Assembly: GCF_006345805.1 (NCBI RefSeq)
Contig: NC_042998.1
Location: 110,298,001-110,362,000, forward strand
Source: Octopus sinensis
Taxonomy: Eukaryota
Reading direction: 5' to 3'
Length of the DNA: 64,000 nt
Shown here: positions 22,600 through 36,490 of the stretch, in pieces
Numbering within the stretch: position 1 is the stretch's first letter
Layout of the letters: every line of letters starts with the position of its first letter
The notes under the pieces: model-generated
Told to the model about the DNA's origin: nothing
Seen by the model: the letters and a program-made list of their open reading frames with translations, nothing else
Databases searched by the model: none
Translations under genes and position numbers: made by a program

Positions 22600-22790
22600 T
22601 AATTTCGAGGGAGGGTGTTAATCAAATACATCGACCCTAATACTCGATACTTATTTTATCTATCGCGAATGGATGAAAGGCAAAGCTGATATCAGTGGAG
22701 TTTGAATTCAGACCCTAATGACGGACGATATGACGCTAAGCATTTTGCTCGGCGCGGTAACGATTCTGCTAGCGCCGCGCCTATCCATGA
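22600..22790 (-). mobile_element. tRNA-derived SINE (family B), decayed
   Basis: Shares GATGAAAGGCAAAG..TTTGAA and CGATTCT motifs with 29400-29520, and is the reverse complement of 44455-44610. Confidence 0.65.
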
Positions 22791-23489
22791 TTAAATATTA
22801 TATGTTTAATTTTATGACGCTATAATAGTTCAGCAACACTCATATTTCTATCAAATAGATGTCTTATAAAACTATTCTGACATACAATAACAGCCTTACC
22901 AATAATCCAACATGCCGCCATCATCAGCTGCCCTACGGATATCACTATGGTTTTGACACCTGGGCAGTACTATTCAATCTGGCGGTGTCAACAGCACTAA
23001 AATATGTGTTGTTTGGGAACAGTCTTAATTCCAGGAAGGATTACACACTATCATTATTAATTAAACTACAACAAAGAATCACACTTACCCTATGTACAAA
23101 AACAGTACCGATAAATAACTTCAATTAGTAAACCTATAACTAACTCCTAAATTATCTAACTAAATATCAACCTAGCACTTGAAGTCAATGCAGATACTAT
23201 TCCCACCAGTCTTCCATGGTGATAAATAGAAAACCTGAAAGCATTTATATTCTATTCTTTCCAAAACAAAAACAAACTCGATTGAACTCAACTAAGGATA
23301 TAATTATCCTTACATGCTTTAATGTGTAACTTATAGCAGTAATTTAATAGAATATACTAAAATATTCTTATTGAATAGGAGCTAATAAAAGAATACCTGT
23401 AATTAACAATTATTATTAAAAACCTTGTTATGATTAAGGCTAAATATATAACTGTTTAAAAGATAATATGAAATATAAAGTATTAGCTC

Positions 23490-24200
23490 TTACATGTTAT
23501 CTGGACACACGAGGTTCAGTGAGCTATATTCTCAAAAGTGCCATGTGCAGGCAAATGGCTGGATGAATTCTGAGAACGTTTAGAAAAAAGAACCAGGAAA
23601 CCATACTGGTTTTAAGGGGGACATTTTTCCTCAGCCGTCTGGATTACACAATTCAGGAAATCACGGAGTGTCAAATTAATAACAGAACTTGAGGCAGTTC
23701 AGCGGTGCTACACTAGGTCGATTGCATCATTGGAACAGCTGAGCTGCTGGGAGAAGCTGAAAGAGCTACATCTCTTCGCCTTGGAGCGAAGGTGGGAGAA
23801 ATATCCAGTGATATACATACAGAAGATTCTGTTAGAGTTGGCACTAAACTTTGGTATGGAGAGCTATACCGGCTCCGAATTGAACATCATTGCACAGTTG
23901 CAAAAGTCTCAGCTCACTCGTCGAATTTTGGGACCATGTGCTGCAATAGTGTCCGCGGCTATTTAATATTTGAGAGATTTACATGGAATAGGTGTAGAGG
24001 TTTTCAATAAATAACTCCACCTGACGATGTCCAATGCCCCAGATGAAACTACACCTCAGCAAGAAACTCAAAGCAGGGCAGCAATGTCGATCCCCTCATT
24101 TATCAAAAGTCGATCATAAAAGAATGGCAATGGAAAGGTGATAACATGAGCGGTGCCACAATATGGCCTCAGCCTTTGGGCTGAAATGAACAAAAGGATA
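23490..24200 (+). mobile_element. Decayed CR1-like LINE 3' fragment (different family from 9977-10944)
   Basis: ILRTFRKKNQETILV..LSRLDY, LEAVQRCYTRSI, LKELHLFALERR, then APDET..RAAMS and a 3' end running into a microsatellite. Confidence 0.8.
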
Positions 24201-24206
24201 TATATG

Positions 24207-24265
<59 letters not shown>

Positions 24266-24524
24266 ACGCATGCACGTACACAGACACACACTCACAGCAC
24301 ATACACATACACATACACAGACACGCACACACACAAACACATTAACACACGCGCGCGCGCATTCGCCAACTTAGACCACTGAATTTTTTCATTCTCTAAT
24401 AATTTTCTACACTCTGTTGAAGAGTGTAGGCTCGAAACGTAAAAGACTTTTCCATTTTTCCCGAGCGTCAAACTAATACACTTGCTTGTTGTTCCGTTGT
24501 TCCGACACCTGTCTACCCCTTTAT

Positions 24525-24559
<35 letters not shown>

Positions 24560-24824
24560 GAAATGTATAGCAGAGGGTCACACACTCAAAAGAAAAGAAA
24601 TAAATTTAACTTACAAAGTCTCCTAGTACGGTTGAAATAGGAATGTAAAAATAATCTGTCTATATTATTGATGGGTAGTATAAGAATAAAGGAGTCTCCT
24701 GACATAGCATTTTACGTTTTGTTGGTCGGTCCTCCAAGAAGACCTAAGCGACTCATTTATCATACATCCGTAGCTTAGAAATAATACGTGTATATCCTCA
24801 TTTTATTCACGGCTAGTCTATGTA

Positions 24825-25235
24825 GCAAGAAGTTTGCTTCCCAACCACAGCAGTCCGGGTTCAGTTCCACTACGTAGGTATCTCTATTATAGCTTCGGGC
24901 AGCCCAAAGCCTTGTCAGAGGATATGGTAGCCGGAAACTGGAAGAAGCCTGTCATGAATATATATATATATATATCAATGAATGTGTGTGTATGTGTGTA
25001 TGTGATTGTGTGTGTCTGTGTTTGTTCCTACCACCGCTTGATAGCCAGTGTTAGCGTGTTATTATCCCCGTAACCTAGTGGTTCGGCAAAACGACCCAAT
25101 AAATATGTTTAAAGCTTACCAAAAACAACAGAAAAAAAGCACTAGGATCGAATCATTCGATTAAAGAATGTTGAAGTTGGTGCCCCAGCATGGTCGCAGT
25201 CGGATGACTGAGACAATTAAAGGATAAAAGATAAC
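24825..25235 (+). mobile_element. SINE family A with central (TA)/(TG) microsatellite
   Basis: 5' half TTGCTTCCCAACCAC..GGGTTCAGTTCCACT..GGAAACTG; 3' half GTTCGGCAAAA..CAGCATGG..GCAGTC. Confidence 0.75.
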
Positions 25236-26088
25236 AAACACACAGACACACATACACACACATATATATGTATGTAATTTATAAATGTGTGTGTGTATAT
25301 ATATATATACATATATATGTACATACATATATATAGATATATACATATATTTACACATATATATACACACATACATATATATACACACATATATATATAT
25401 ATATATATACATACATACGTTTATTTATAGGGAGACAAAGCGGAGTGGTATGAAGTATGATATAGATGGATAGATGTACAGATAAAATATATTTGATGAA
25501 GAAGATAAAGAATATTACAGACAGATTAATAAACTGTAGAATGTGAGCGAAGATTGAGATCGATAGGTTTATACAATTAATCAAACTGGCGGAACGAAAT
25601 TGATAGATTGAAAAGAGTGAAATAGGAAGGGAGAATGGCACGGGGAGAGAAAGCAAAAGATGAATAAATAGAGGGAGACAGAGAATGAGAGAGAGAGAGA
25701 GAGAGTGAGAGAGAGACATATAGACAGACATATGAAGAGAGTAAGTTATATGAGTAAAACTGAAAAGAATTGAGAGAGAAAGAGGAACATCGAAATTGAG
25801 TGATAGCAGCAGTAGTAAATATTTTTAGAAATAAGTAGAAGTGTATATTTGTATTATATGATATATAACAAAGCAGTAACACTTCAATGAACTAAATGTG
25901 CATATACAGAAGAGAAAAATTTGCAGACACGTACGTACCTACTCGCATACCTACCTAAACACATACACCTATACTGTTGTATATTTGAATATTCGCAATT
26001 TATTACGAAAATTGGATATCGACTTGTTGGACAGGAAGTTTGTTACATACATTGATACATATATATACACATGCGGACAACTATATAT

Positions 26089-26138
<50 letters not shown>

Positions 26139-26151
26139 ATATGTATGTATG

Positions 26152-26219
<68 letters not shown>

Positions 26220-26559
26220 ATATATACATATATGTGTGTGAGTGTGTGTGTATGTGTGTATGTATGTATATATATACATATATGTGTCTGAGTGTGTGTG
26301 TGTGTGTATATGCGTATGTATTGTATGTGTGTATGCGTGTGTGTCTTTCGGCCTTGTTTGTCCCACCCCACCGCTTAACAACTGGTGTTGGTTTATTTAT
26401 GCTCACGTAACTTAACACTTCGGCAAAAGAGAACGATCAAATAAGCAACAGGCTTTAAAAAGTACTGAGATCGATTTATTCGACTAAAAATTCTTTAAGG
26501 TGGTACCCCAGCAGTCAAATGAGATAAAAGAGATAAAATAGATTCCTTCACTTTATTCT

Positions 26560-27470
26560 TTTCCTCCTTTCAGTCATTTGACTGCAGCCATGCTGGAGCA
26601 CCGCCTGTAGTCGAACAAATTGACATCAGGACTTCTTCTTTGTAAGCCTAGTACTTATTCTATCAGTTTCTTTTGCCGAACCGCTAAAAAAGGGCACGTA
26701 AACACACACACATCGGTTGTCAATTGATGGTTGGGGAGGTAAGCACAGACGCTCAAACATATACATACATACATATGTATATATATATACTAGCAGTATC
26801 GCCCGGCGTTGCTCGGGTTTGTAAGGGAAATAACTATATAAGCATTTTTAGAGAGTTACTTCCCTTATATATGCCAATTCGGGCTTTCTTAGCCATTTCT
26901 GTTTTGGTGTCTTCAAGCCATGAAGTCGTTGTTCTAAAAGAACGCTGGTCTCCTTGACAAAGCATTACGACGTTGATTTCTTTACACTCCCTTCCCCACA
27001 GCTTCACGAGGGAGGGAAGGGAGAGAAGCAAACAGGTCAGCTGTGAGCGTGGACGCCAACTCCGCCGCCATCGACACACGAAAAATTATGCATTAAAATG
27101 GAATAAAAAATGATGTTAAATTATTTTTTAAATCGTAGACTCATCGTTGACGTGCGCTAATAGCCAGACGGGCTCGATATGAATCACGACTATAAGATAC
27201 CCGAATTTGGTTAAACTGCACCGCAAAATGTGGGAGGAGTTAGGAATCTAAATCGAAGGGGACAGACACTCACACAACTAGAGTTTTATATATATAGATA
27301 TACGATGGGCTTGTCTCAGTTTCCGTCTACCAAATCCACTTACAAGGCTTTGGTCGGCCCGACACTCTACTGAAAAACATATGCCCAAGGTGCCACGCAG
27401 TGGGACTAAACCAACCTAGAACCATGTGGTTGAGAAGGAAGCTTCTTACCGCACAGCCACGCCTGCGCCT
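26560..27470 (-). mobile_element. SINE family A interrupted by a Helitron-like insertion
   Basis: 5' half 27305-27470 and 3' half 26560-26760 lie on either side of 26790-27298. Confidence 0.75.
26790..27298 (-). mobile_element. Non-autonomous Helitron-like element (509 bp)
   Basis: Minus strand A|TCTATATATATAAAAC ... CCCGAGCAACGCCGGG hairpin ... CTGCTAG|T. Inserted at an AT dinucleotide, no TSD. Confidence 0.8.
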
Positions 27471-29399
27471 ATTCATATTCAATTATAGGTTTGGTGATGG
27501 AAACAGGAAAGGAGAACTATAAACGTTTATTTATTAATAATCGACAGAAGTTACAGTGGGATTCAAGGATCGAGTGTTTCGCGCTCGTTCTTATTGACTA
27601 TTAATGAACGAAATATCGTAGAAGAAACAGAGTCTTTATTTTGCTTCTTCTAAATATCTCTATTGTGGAAAGTGTATCCCCAAATTTAATAATCACCCAC
27701 TGATTTTTCTTTAAATTTTCCAAAATCATATCCTGCAATTTTCTTCAGTACTATGATCGGTCTCTTTGGAGAAATTTCAAAACATACTGTATTTAATCAT
27801 CCATCATTATTGTCTCTGGCTTGTGTTCACTAATCTTTCCTTCATTTCACTTTGAGAGACCGGGATAACTCCCCAATGCACGCTTTTATTAATATAGTCA
27901 TTAATATATTTTGTGGTAGCTTACAGGATCCACTAGGGTGGTTAAAACGTTTGTCCTTTACCAATTCATACCACGTTTGCATTAGTATTTGTAATTGTTT
28001 TGGTTACTTTCATTTCTAAAGATTTGATTTGCATTTCAGATTGAACTTCCGCTTTCAGAAACAGTATAAACGTAAATATACCGATCAAACAAGTTTATGG
28101 ATTTTACACCTCTATTACAATATCACAATGAGTTAATGAAAACGTTTCTCACAATATCTTTTGAAACCCCTTGATTAAAATTGTATTATCAAATATTTTA
28201 AATACTATTTTCAGTTATCTCATACTTTTTCGGGTAAATCCATGCGAATACACACACACACACACGTGTTCATATCATTATAGTATATATCTATCTATAC
28301 ATACATACATGCATACATGCATATATACATTCCTACATACATACATATATACATGCATGCATACATACATGCATGCATATTTACATACGTACATACATAC
28401 GCATACTAGCATATACGAAAGAAAGCAGATGTAAAGAATTTCATTGGAAGACAAGAAATATCTTTCGAAACAACTTTGAGAAGTATAATATTTCAATGTG
28501 TTTATTTCCTCTCAGTCATAGGTGTATTTGCCTAATATCTGTCATAAGTATTACTGAAGACAAAATACGAAAGAAGATATAATTAGAGACTTCAGAAAAG
28601 TTAGATAACTGATATAGCACATCTCCGAAATCTCTAGAGTTTTATTCAGCGAGAAATTATGGACAATATGCTAACCACATTTCAGCTCTGATATATTGAT
28701 TTCTTAAATTTCTTATATACTTCTACATGAATATGTTAGCAACAATTAGGGAGGTGGATTTTCAGATATATAGATCGCCAGAAAAGTGTATATGATATTT
28801 AGATACAGATATTTGGCTTCTTGTTCGAAACCTGTCAAGACAGAATTTGATATTAACCCGTTCGACGAAGACAGAATATAGTGCCAGTAAAGTTGTAGGG
28901 ATTATACTTTTTCTGATTATACTTCTTCCGAAATACACGGTTCATGTTAATCTTAAAAGAAAAAAATGAATACATAAGGCCAGGGATTGGCGGAATTAGT
29001 TGCCTGATGGACGAATTTGCAGGTAAAATCTAGTTAGATCACTTTACATTTTGAGTTCAAGCCAAGTTGTCATATTTGTTCTTTAATCGAAAGAATATCG
29101 TGTATAATAAGCCTTTTCTAAATTGTTTACTCATACATCTGTTTTAGCGATTAATATTTCAAGTAATGTATTAGAAGTCTCGATAGAACAGCGAGTATAA
29201 TGCAAGAGGAATTGACAGAAGCGGCATGAATACGGACATTTCCATTAAAACATTTTGGTCAGTGTTATGGATTCTACCCCGATCTTTCTACAAATAAATC
29301 AGAAATATACTGTAGTTGAGTTTAATTTACACTGTTCCTGTCTAAAATCGTTTGACTTATTTTCTATTACAGTAAACAATATCCGTTTAAAATTTTGGC

Positions 29400-29520
29400 A
29401 CAAGTCCATGATCCCAAAAGATGAAAGGCAAAGTCGACTTAGGCGAAATTTGAACTAGGGATATAAAAACGGACGAAATACCGCTAAGCATATAACCTGG
29501 TGTGCTAACGATTCTTCCAA
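29400..29520 (-). mobile_element. SINE family B fragment
   Basis: GATGAAAGGCAAAGTCGAC..GAAATTTGAACT..GCTAACGATTCT. Confidence 0.65.
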
Positions 29521-32500
29521 TATTCCGTAATTTATTTCAGTAAACGATATTGAAGGTGATGTATCGCCATAAGCGGTGGAGGGACTGATCACATTTTATT
29601 TTGTTATTTAATCACGTTCTATTATTATTTATGTTTCATAAAGTTTTGAGTTGAAAAGTCGCCGAAATATAATGAAAACGCATTCTGTGACAGCATTATT
29701 GCCAAAAGTATTTGAATGTGAGTGAATGTAAGAATATACTGGCAATATATAAATAAATATGAAACAGATTTAACAAAAAACACTGTTTTTAACTGCTAAA
29801 TGGAATTTAATATACCTCCGATTCTATGTTCCAGTACATTAGTCTGTGTTCAGACCATTCTAGCGTATTCTGTGATATCATGTTTACATGTGCTTATTTT
29901 GAAACATTAAGACAACAAACAAAATATATTTCAGTCGGTATGGGCGCAGGTATGTCTGTGTGTTCAACAAGTCTACTTCAATGTAACTACATGTTTCGAG
30001 TTCGATACTGCTTCATGTAACCTTAGACAAGTGGGTTATAATTTAAATCTGAGTGAACCAAAACGTTGGGGACCTCGTCATTGAAGTCTAGGCTTCATTG
30101 ACTATGTCGTAATGATACAAACAATATCCTTTGTTATCCGAGCAATATCCTATTTTCCTAAAGACATTATTATTTCTAACTCATTATTTATTCACTTCAA
30201 TTATATCAAAGGAATACGAGAGCAGGATATGTGCTCAAAATCTAAGATTGTTACTTTACTCATCTCTCCCGGTTATCATCCACGGGATTTTAAATAAAGA
30301 AAGGTATTGAGCATTCAGATGAGTTAGACCGTTTTGTCCGTGATAATCATTTGGGTATATTGTCGATAAGCTTCAAGACATATCAGAAGAATGAAAATTT
30401 TAATGAAGTTAAGGCGTAACAGAGCACATTTCAAATATGATTGTTATATTTAGTAATTGTTGTTGCTTTTCGATGTAGAAAACACGAGAAGCTTTGTCTG
30501 GAATAACTAATAAAAAAAAGTGATTAAATTCTACAGAGAAAATGATGTGGTATAGATATATCCATAGCGAATTCTTCAGGAGTTAAATTTCCTTAGAAGA
30601 ATCTTATAAAGTTGCTATCCCGGTCAAAAAATGGAGATTTTTTCGATTTAACACTTGTCTGGTTATTGATTTAGTCATAAAGATATAAGGAATTTATTTG
30701 TTTTCCCTGTTTGAGATCTGTGTAAAGAAATGTGTGCCATTTAAACGTGACTATGTTTGTGAAAGCAAATTAGAGAATTGGCTTGAGATATTGGATTAGG
30801 TTGAAATGAAAACAGCGGCTCATTGGAATTTTATTTATAAAGTTATGAGATTGGTAGCAATAGAGATGGCAATTAAAATAGAAGAGATGTTGCTGACATA
30901 GGCTATCATGTTAGTACATTTAAATGTGTATATGCATTATATGATTGTAATCAAGACATAGATAGGCAAGAAATATAATCAATAGTTGACAGTAGATTAC
31001 AATGGGGGCGTAATTTTCTGAAAAAGTACTACGTGTTAGTGAAAAATGAAGTTAGTGAAAACTAAATAAAAAGCAAATACAATGTAGGGTTATGACATAT
31101 ATAATACGAAGCAATTAAAATAGTATATTAATGACATTTGTTATGAAGCAATTAGAATAGTAGGGTATGATAATCATTTATCAACAATTTGAATTCTTAA
31201 TTGAAAGAACCTTAAGTTAAATTCAATCAGTTAGGAAATATTAAGATAATTGAAGTCAACTTAATCTAATTTTCGATTTAGTTTTGATATTCTTGTTAGA
31301 GAAACTGAAAACAGCAGACAAGTGATATAATTATAATTATTCCATTCAATTCGCATCAATAATGCAATTTACACCATCTCACATTTTCTATGTTAAAGAA
31401 ATAAATTTTGACAGAAACTTTGATACAAAAATTTATTTAAATTGGTATTAACGGATTAAAACTGATTTCTAAAATCTGTCATAATTTAAAGATTAACTTT
31501 GATAGCATCAAATACAGTTTAAAGAAAACTATCTACAGGGCAACGTACACGAAATTAGTTACCCTCTCAGGAATAAATAACTTATGAAACAACAAGATGT
31601 AAATAAAGCATATTTCTTTGTTCATAGTAAATATAAGATTTCATTTTTTTATTTACGGGGAAGAACATCGAAGGAAGAACTATAGGTTCATATTAAAAGG
31701 AATTAGGCATGAAAGGCAAGTTAACGGAATGTTTCAGCAGCTTTATACTCATAATTCATTAAGAGAAGAAGGTAAATAAAATGATAGCTTCAATAATATT
31801 TATGGCGATAGATCTGAACCAAAATTTTTATGACCAAAATCCATAATGAGAAAGTAATGGAATCTAACTCAACTGGGAAAAGTCTTTATTTAATGATGAT
31901 ATTTGAAAATATATTATGCTTTGTTCTTTAATGAACTTGGAATTGAAAATATCTAAGAGAACGTCATAATGGGTTAATAATCGAAGACCGACGATTTCGA
32001 TTTAGTTGTATCAAATTCAAAACCATCGTAGGTTGTGCAAGCGAGACTGGTTAAAGTATTCAGTATTCAGCAACTACACTAAGTTTTGTAAGTGTCATAC
32101 AAGTATGAGGAAAATTACATATTTCACAGAAAATATTAATTAAATAATTGATATTAATTAAATAATTTCATATTAAAAATTTAAGCATAATTTAGTTATG
32201 ACTGTTTATAAAATTGCAAATTTTCTCATTTTAAGCTTCATCTCATCTTTAGAGATAGAATACTTTTATTCCTCGATATTATCTATTATCAACTACGTCA
32301 CCCATGCTTCTAAGAACATTATTATGGATAAGAACATTATTATCATTGAATTAGAAATAAATATTTGTTCGAACTGAACCAACTAATATCAAGAAAGGGG
32401 CAATTGATGAAGATTGGATTAGTTACCAGGATGTTGGAAACTTTGTGAAGATACACAAATTAAAAAACAAAATTTAAAAGAAAGTTTAATTTCTAGAGAC

Positions 32501-34628
32501 GCGGCAGCTGTTCTGAAAAATTGTAATCTTAGTGTCATTAAATTGTTTCAGATATTTAGATATTTAAAGTGTATAGAGATTTTAAGTTTTTGATTTTTGT
32601 ACGACAGCAAGAGAATGAATTTAATAAGTTGAATGACACCAAGAATAATTACATGTTTAGTGGAATTTACTAAATATATTAATTAAACATAGTACTTGAC
32701 ATTACTCCGAATAATCTGTGCTCAATGTAGAAGAAAAACAATCCCTAGTAATAAAGTTACAGTTATAATACCAGCAACAATAAATAATTATTGAATCCAT
32801 AATTAATACCAAGTTATATTTTATCACTACTCTAAATATCAGGAAAATAGATACAAAAGATTATAAAAGCTATAAAAGCGTAAAATTTATCAGTAATGTT
32901 AAACACAAAATAAAATATCAAAGCGATTAATTAATTAATTACACTCTCCTAACACTGTCGTTTTCTTTCTTCCATATATAGTCTATTAACACTTCTGAGT
33001 CTTATCCAAAACTTAAAGTGAAATCATCTACGATATTCCTTGTGAGTTCGCTCGACTTGTCAGGAATAACAGCTTAAGTGTCACAAATAACACACACTAT
33101 CATAAAAAAGCGAAACACGTCCAATGTGATAGGATGGAATGATCGTGAATACAATACTTTGACTACAAGTTGGGTTGTAGGACTAAATAATATCAACATT
33201 TCCAATTTATTCATATAATAACAGTAAATAGGTAGTATATGCAATGGACTCTCTGCAAATCTTGATTCACATACTCACAAGTATAAAAGAGGAAATGAAG
33301 CTAAAGATTTAAAAATATCATCTTATCTCGTCTGTACGTGCATGGAGAAAGTAGAAACCATACTTTCATATAACTCATTTATTCTGGCCGAAATTCAGTA
33401 GGTCAGCTGAAGCATACACACTCAGAGAAAAGGAGAACAATGTACAATAGAATTGTAACTTTGGGCATAGAGAACAATGATCATAAAGACAACTAACTTT
33501 GTGAAATCTAGATTTACGATCGACAGACGCCATAACCTGAGAAGATTTTTATCTTATAACTAAAAAAGTTGATCGCCGTGATCCCAAATACAAATGAACA
33601 AAATGCAGCAAATACGCCAGAATAGATTTTCACTGAAAGCTAAATTTAGCTACCGCTTTTTAAATTGTACAAAACCCAAAAGTAAAGCACGAACTACGAT
33701 GTAGAAATGTAGAAGGACTAGAGGATGCGACAGATAAACACATCGTAACTTCTAGTACTGACTCTAGAAAATGTTCAGCAAAGAGAAAGCTTCAAGACGT
33801 GTTCTGTCTACCAAAAAGAAAAAAAGATACGGTGCACAAATATTACTTTTGTAAAAGCATAATCACAGCGATATTTCTCTTTTACTGGCTTACTGCATGG
33901 CGCAAAGCTTCCATGAAAATAAAGTAACATTTTGAACCTTAAAAAAATTATTTCATGGATCTAAGTATTGAAGGAGTAAAACGTACAATTTCTTGTATTC
34001 AAGTGCCTCCGTAAAGGAGGGTGAATCCTGGATTCATAATAACTCATTTACTGCCGAAGTGATTGAGTTGGGACAATAGGAAGTGAAATTGTTTAGTGTA
34101 GAGGGTATTCATTCAGCATGACTGTATTATTGTTATTCAGCATTCCTGTATTTCAAACCAGTGCAACATCTCCTTTTTCCCTGCTATAGGTAAGATATAC
34201 TCAGCATATGATTTATGAAATCCCAGCTTATTTCATTACTCAATGTACCATTCCTATAAGGTTCAATGCTTGGGATACTTCTGTTTTCGGTTTTCTCAGA
34301 TGAACTGCTAAACGCAGTGATAATTAGCCTTATCACTATGATGACCACACTACACGCTTTTCACATGTAACGTCATTGAAAATTGCAACTAGATTAAATA
34401 GAGACCTAACCAGTGTGAGCACTTGGGACGACCACTATAAAGTAAGATTTGAGTTAGACTGTAAAACAACCCTGTCAAGGAAAAGAAGCCCGTAAAACTT
34501 TTTATTCAAGTTTGGGTATTGTAGGTTGCCTATGAAAAGCAAGTGATTATTTTGTGCTTCACAATAAATAGGAGGTTAGGATGAAGGCATAGAAAGTGGA
34601 AGTGGGTAAGCTGAAATGAAATAAATAG

Positions 34629-35081
34629 GTATCATTTACTAAACTCAAACCCGAATCATTCGGGAATACGCCAATCTATGTTGAACGGACACCTCACCTC
34701 ATGCATACGAAGCAATTACCTTGCAGTCCAAACGATAACGGTTACAATCACAATGCATATGTTTTATTTACTGCTGATAAGAATTCGAAATCAAGAGAAC
34801 ATAATAATTGCCAATAGAGAACATAGAAGCCACAACCAAGAGAACATAGAGAAATACATGTGACACTATATGAAGATGACATTTGGAAGATTAACTCGTG
34901 GCCTCTTCCCACGTCAAATATCACACGCTGGACAAAGTTCTCTGCAAACGACTATAAGAACTTGAAACGAACTCCTGTAACTGTCATAAAACTCATCCCG
35001 ACTGTCGATTTCAAAGACTGCTTGAAAAATATGTATTTGCGTTCTCAGAAACACAGTAAACCAGTGATTGGCCCATTGTAA
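34629..35081 (+). pseudogene. Unidentified 151-codon reading frame with two internal TAG stops, followed by AATAAA; candidate terminal exon or pseudo-exon
   Basis: VSFTKLKPESFGNTPIYVER...REHNNCQ*RT*KPQPREHREIHVTLYEDDIWKINSWPLP...KPVIGPL*. AATAAA follows the stop immediately. The acceptor is weak. Confidence 0.3.
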
Positions 35082-35649
35082 TAAAAATAAATATTTTATT
35101 CTCGAACAACTTTCGGATTAAGCCACAGTGCAATAAAATCTCAACTTGGTTGTTAGAACAACGTATAATATCAAAGGATTATAAGCATATTATTTTAAAC
35201 TAAGTCTAAAATTGCTATATTTAACTTTAGTAACACGAAGCGATTAAGAAGTCTTCGCGTGTATTAAGGAGAGATGACATCTGAAATTACAATTATATCA
35301 GAGATTGTTTTTTGGTACCGGAACATATCTCACGAAGTCAGGCGGTCCGTCGACATTCTGGAAATAAAACTGGTAAGTGCCATACTAATATTTTAAAGAC
35401 TGAAGGTCTCATTATTAGAACGTCTTCTTAAATACGCAGTATTTCTTCATGTAATATTTATACAAAATACTTATTTTAAGGATTTTGTTGTGGTCCTTTT
35501 ATTTTGTTAAAATTTATAGGTATCTGAGTAACTTTTTTGATGTAACTAATCTTGAATATATCATATAATGTTAATCATGTGGTTAAATGAATATATTAAA
35601 ACAAATACGGCTAAATAGCGTGTTATTTTTGTGATATTGTTTATCTATG

Positions 35650-36260
35650 TAAAGCGAAAGATTTTATCCAAATATATTGTGATCTGCAATGCGCTTGTTG
35701 GTATGCATGTATGTGCAGATTTGTATGTTTTATGTGTGCATTTTCATGCATATAATTACATATATTGACATGCTCATATATATTGAAATGATAAACTTCT
35801 GCAAAGTATTACAGATTTTACACTTCCAGTGGTGGATTGGATTTGTAGTCTTCGAATTAGCTTTCTCCTTTCAGGTTTTCAGAAGCCTGATTTCTTCAGA
35901 TTGGTATTTATGCAGTGTGTTACATATCCCAGGGCCCCAATAATGACAGGTATATACCTGGACTTGCAATCTGGGTAAAGTAACCACAGACTTCTCAATA
36001 GTTCAGCATAGGTATTCTCTTTTTCATTGATCTTCAGCTTTATGTTAACATACGCTGGGCAGCTAATTTCCACAACTGTGCTCAGTTTCTCTTCTCTATT
36101 CCAAATCATTATATCAGGTCTGTTGAGCTTACATTTTATTGAGGTCTTCACTGGTACATTCCACCAGTATTCCTTTTCATTATGAGTGGCTATGACTTCT
36201 ACCATATTGTGTGTTTTTATTTCGTTGTCCTCGGGATTATCCCTCCGAAGGATTTCATTA
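35650..36260 (-). mobile_element. R4/Dong-like LINE 3' fragment (second family)
   Basis: ORF 35879-36319 contains EYWWNVPVKTSIKCKLNRPDIMIWNREEK..VVEISCP..ENTYAELLR..IPVIIGALGYV. The 3' UTR is shared with a remnant near 40730-40785. Confidence 0.88.
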
Positions 36261-36314
36261 TGCATGTATGCAGGTATGTATAAATGTGTATGTCTGCATA
36301 TATGTACGTATGTA

Positions 36315-36395
<81 letters not shown>

Positions 36396-36456
36396 GTGTG
36401 TGTGTGTATGTGTACGTATGTATGTATATATATGTGTGTGTGTATGTATGTACGAG

Positions 36457-36490
<34 letters not shown>

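Noticed and set aside
23990-24056. Apparent type-III hammerhead (CTGACGA...GAAA, AGGTGTAG/CTACACCT)
   Set aside because: The cleavage position reads AG rather than UH, stem II has no pairing, and the segment is CR1 coding sequence (LTMSNAPDET).
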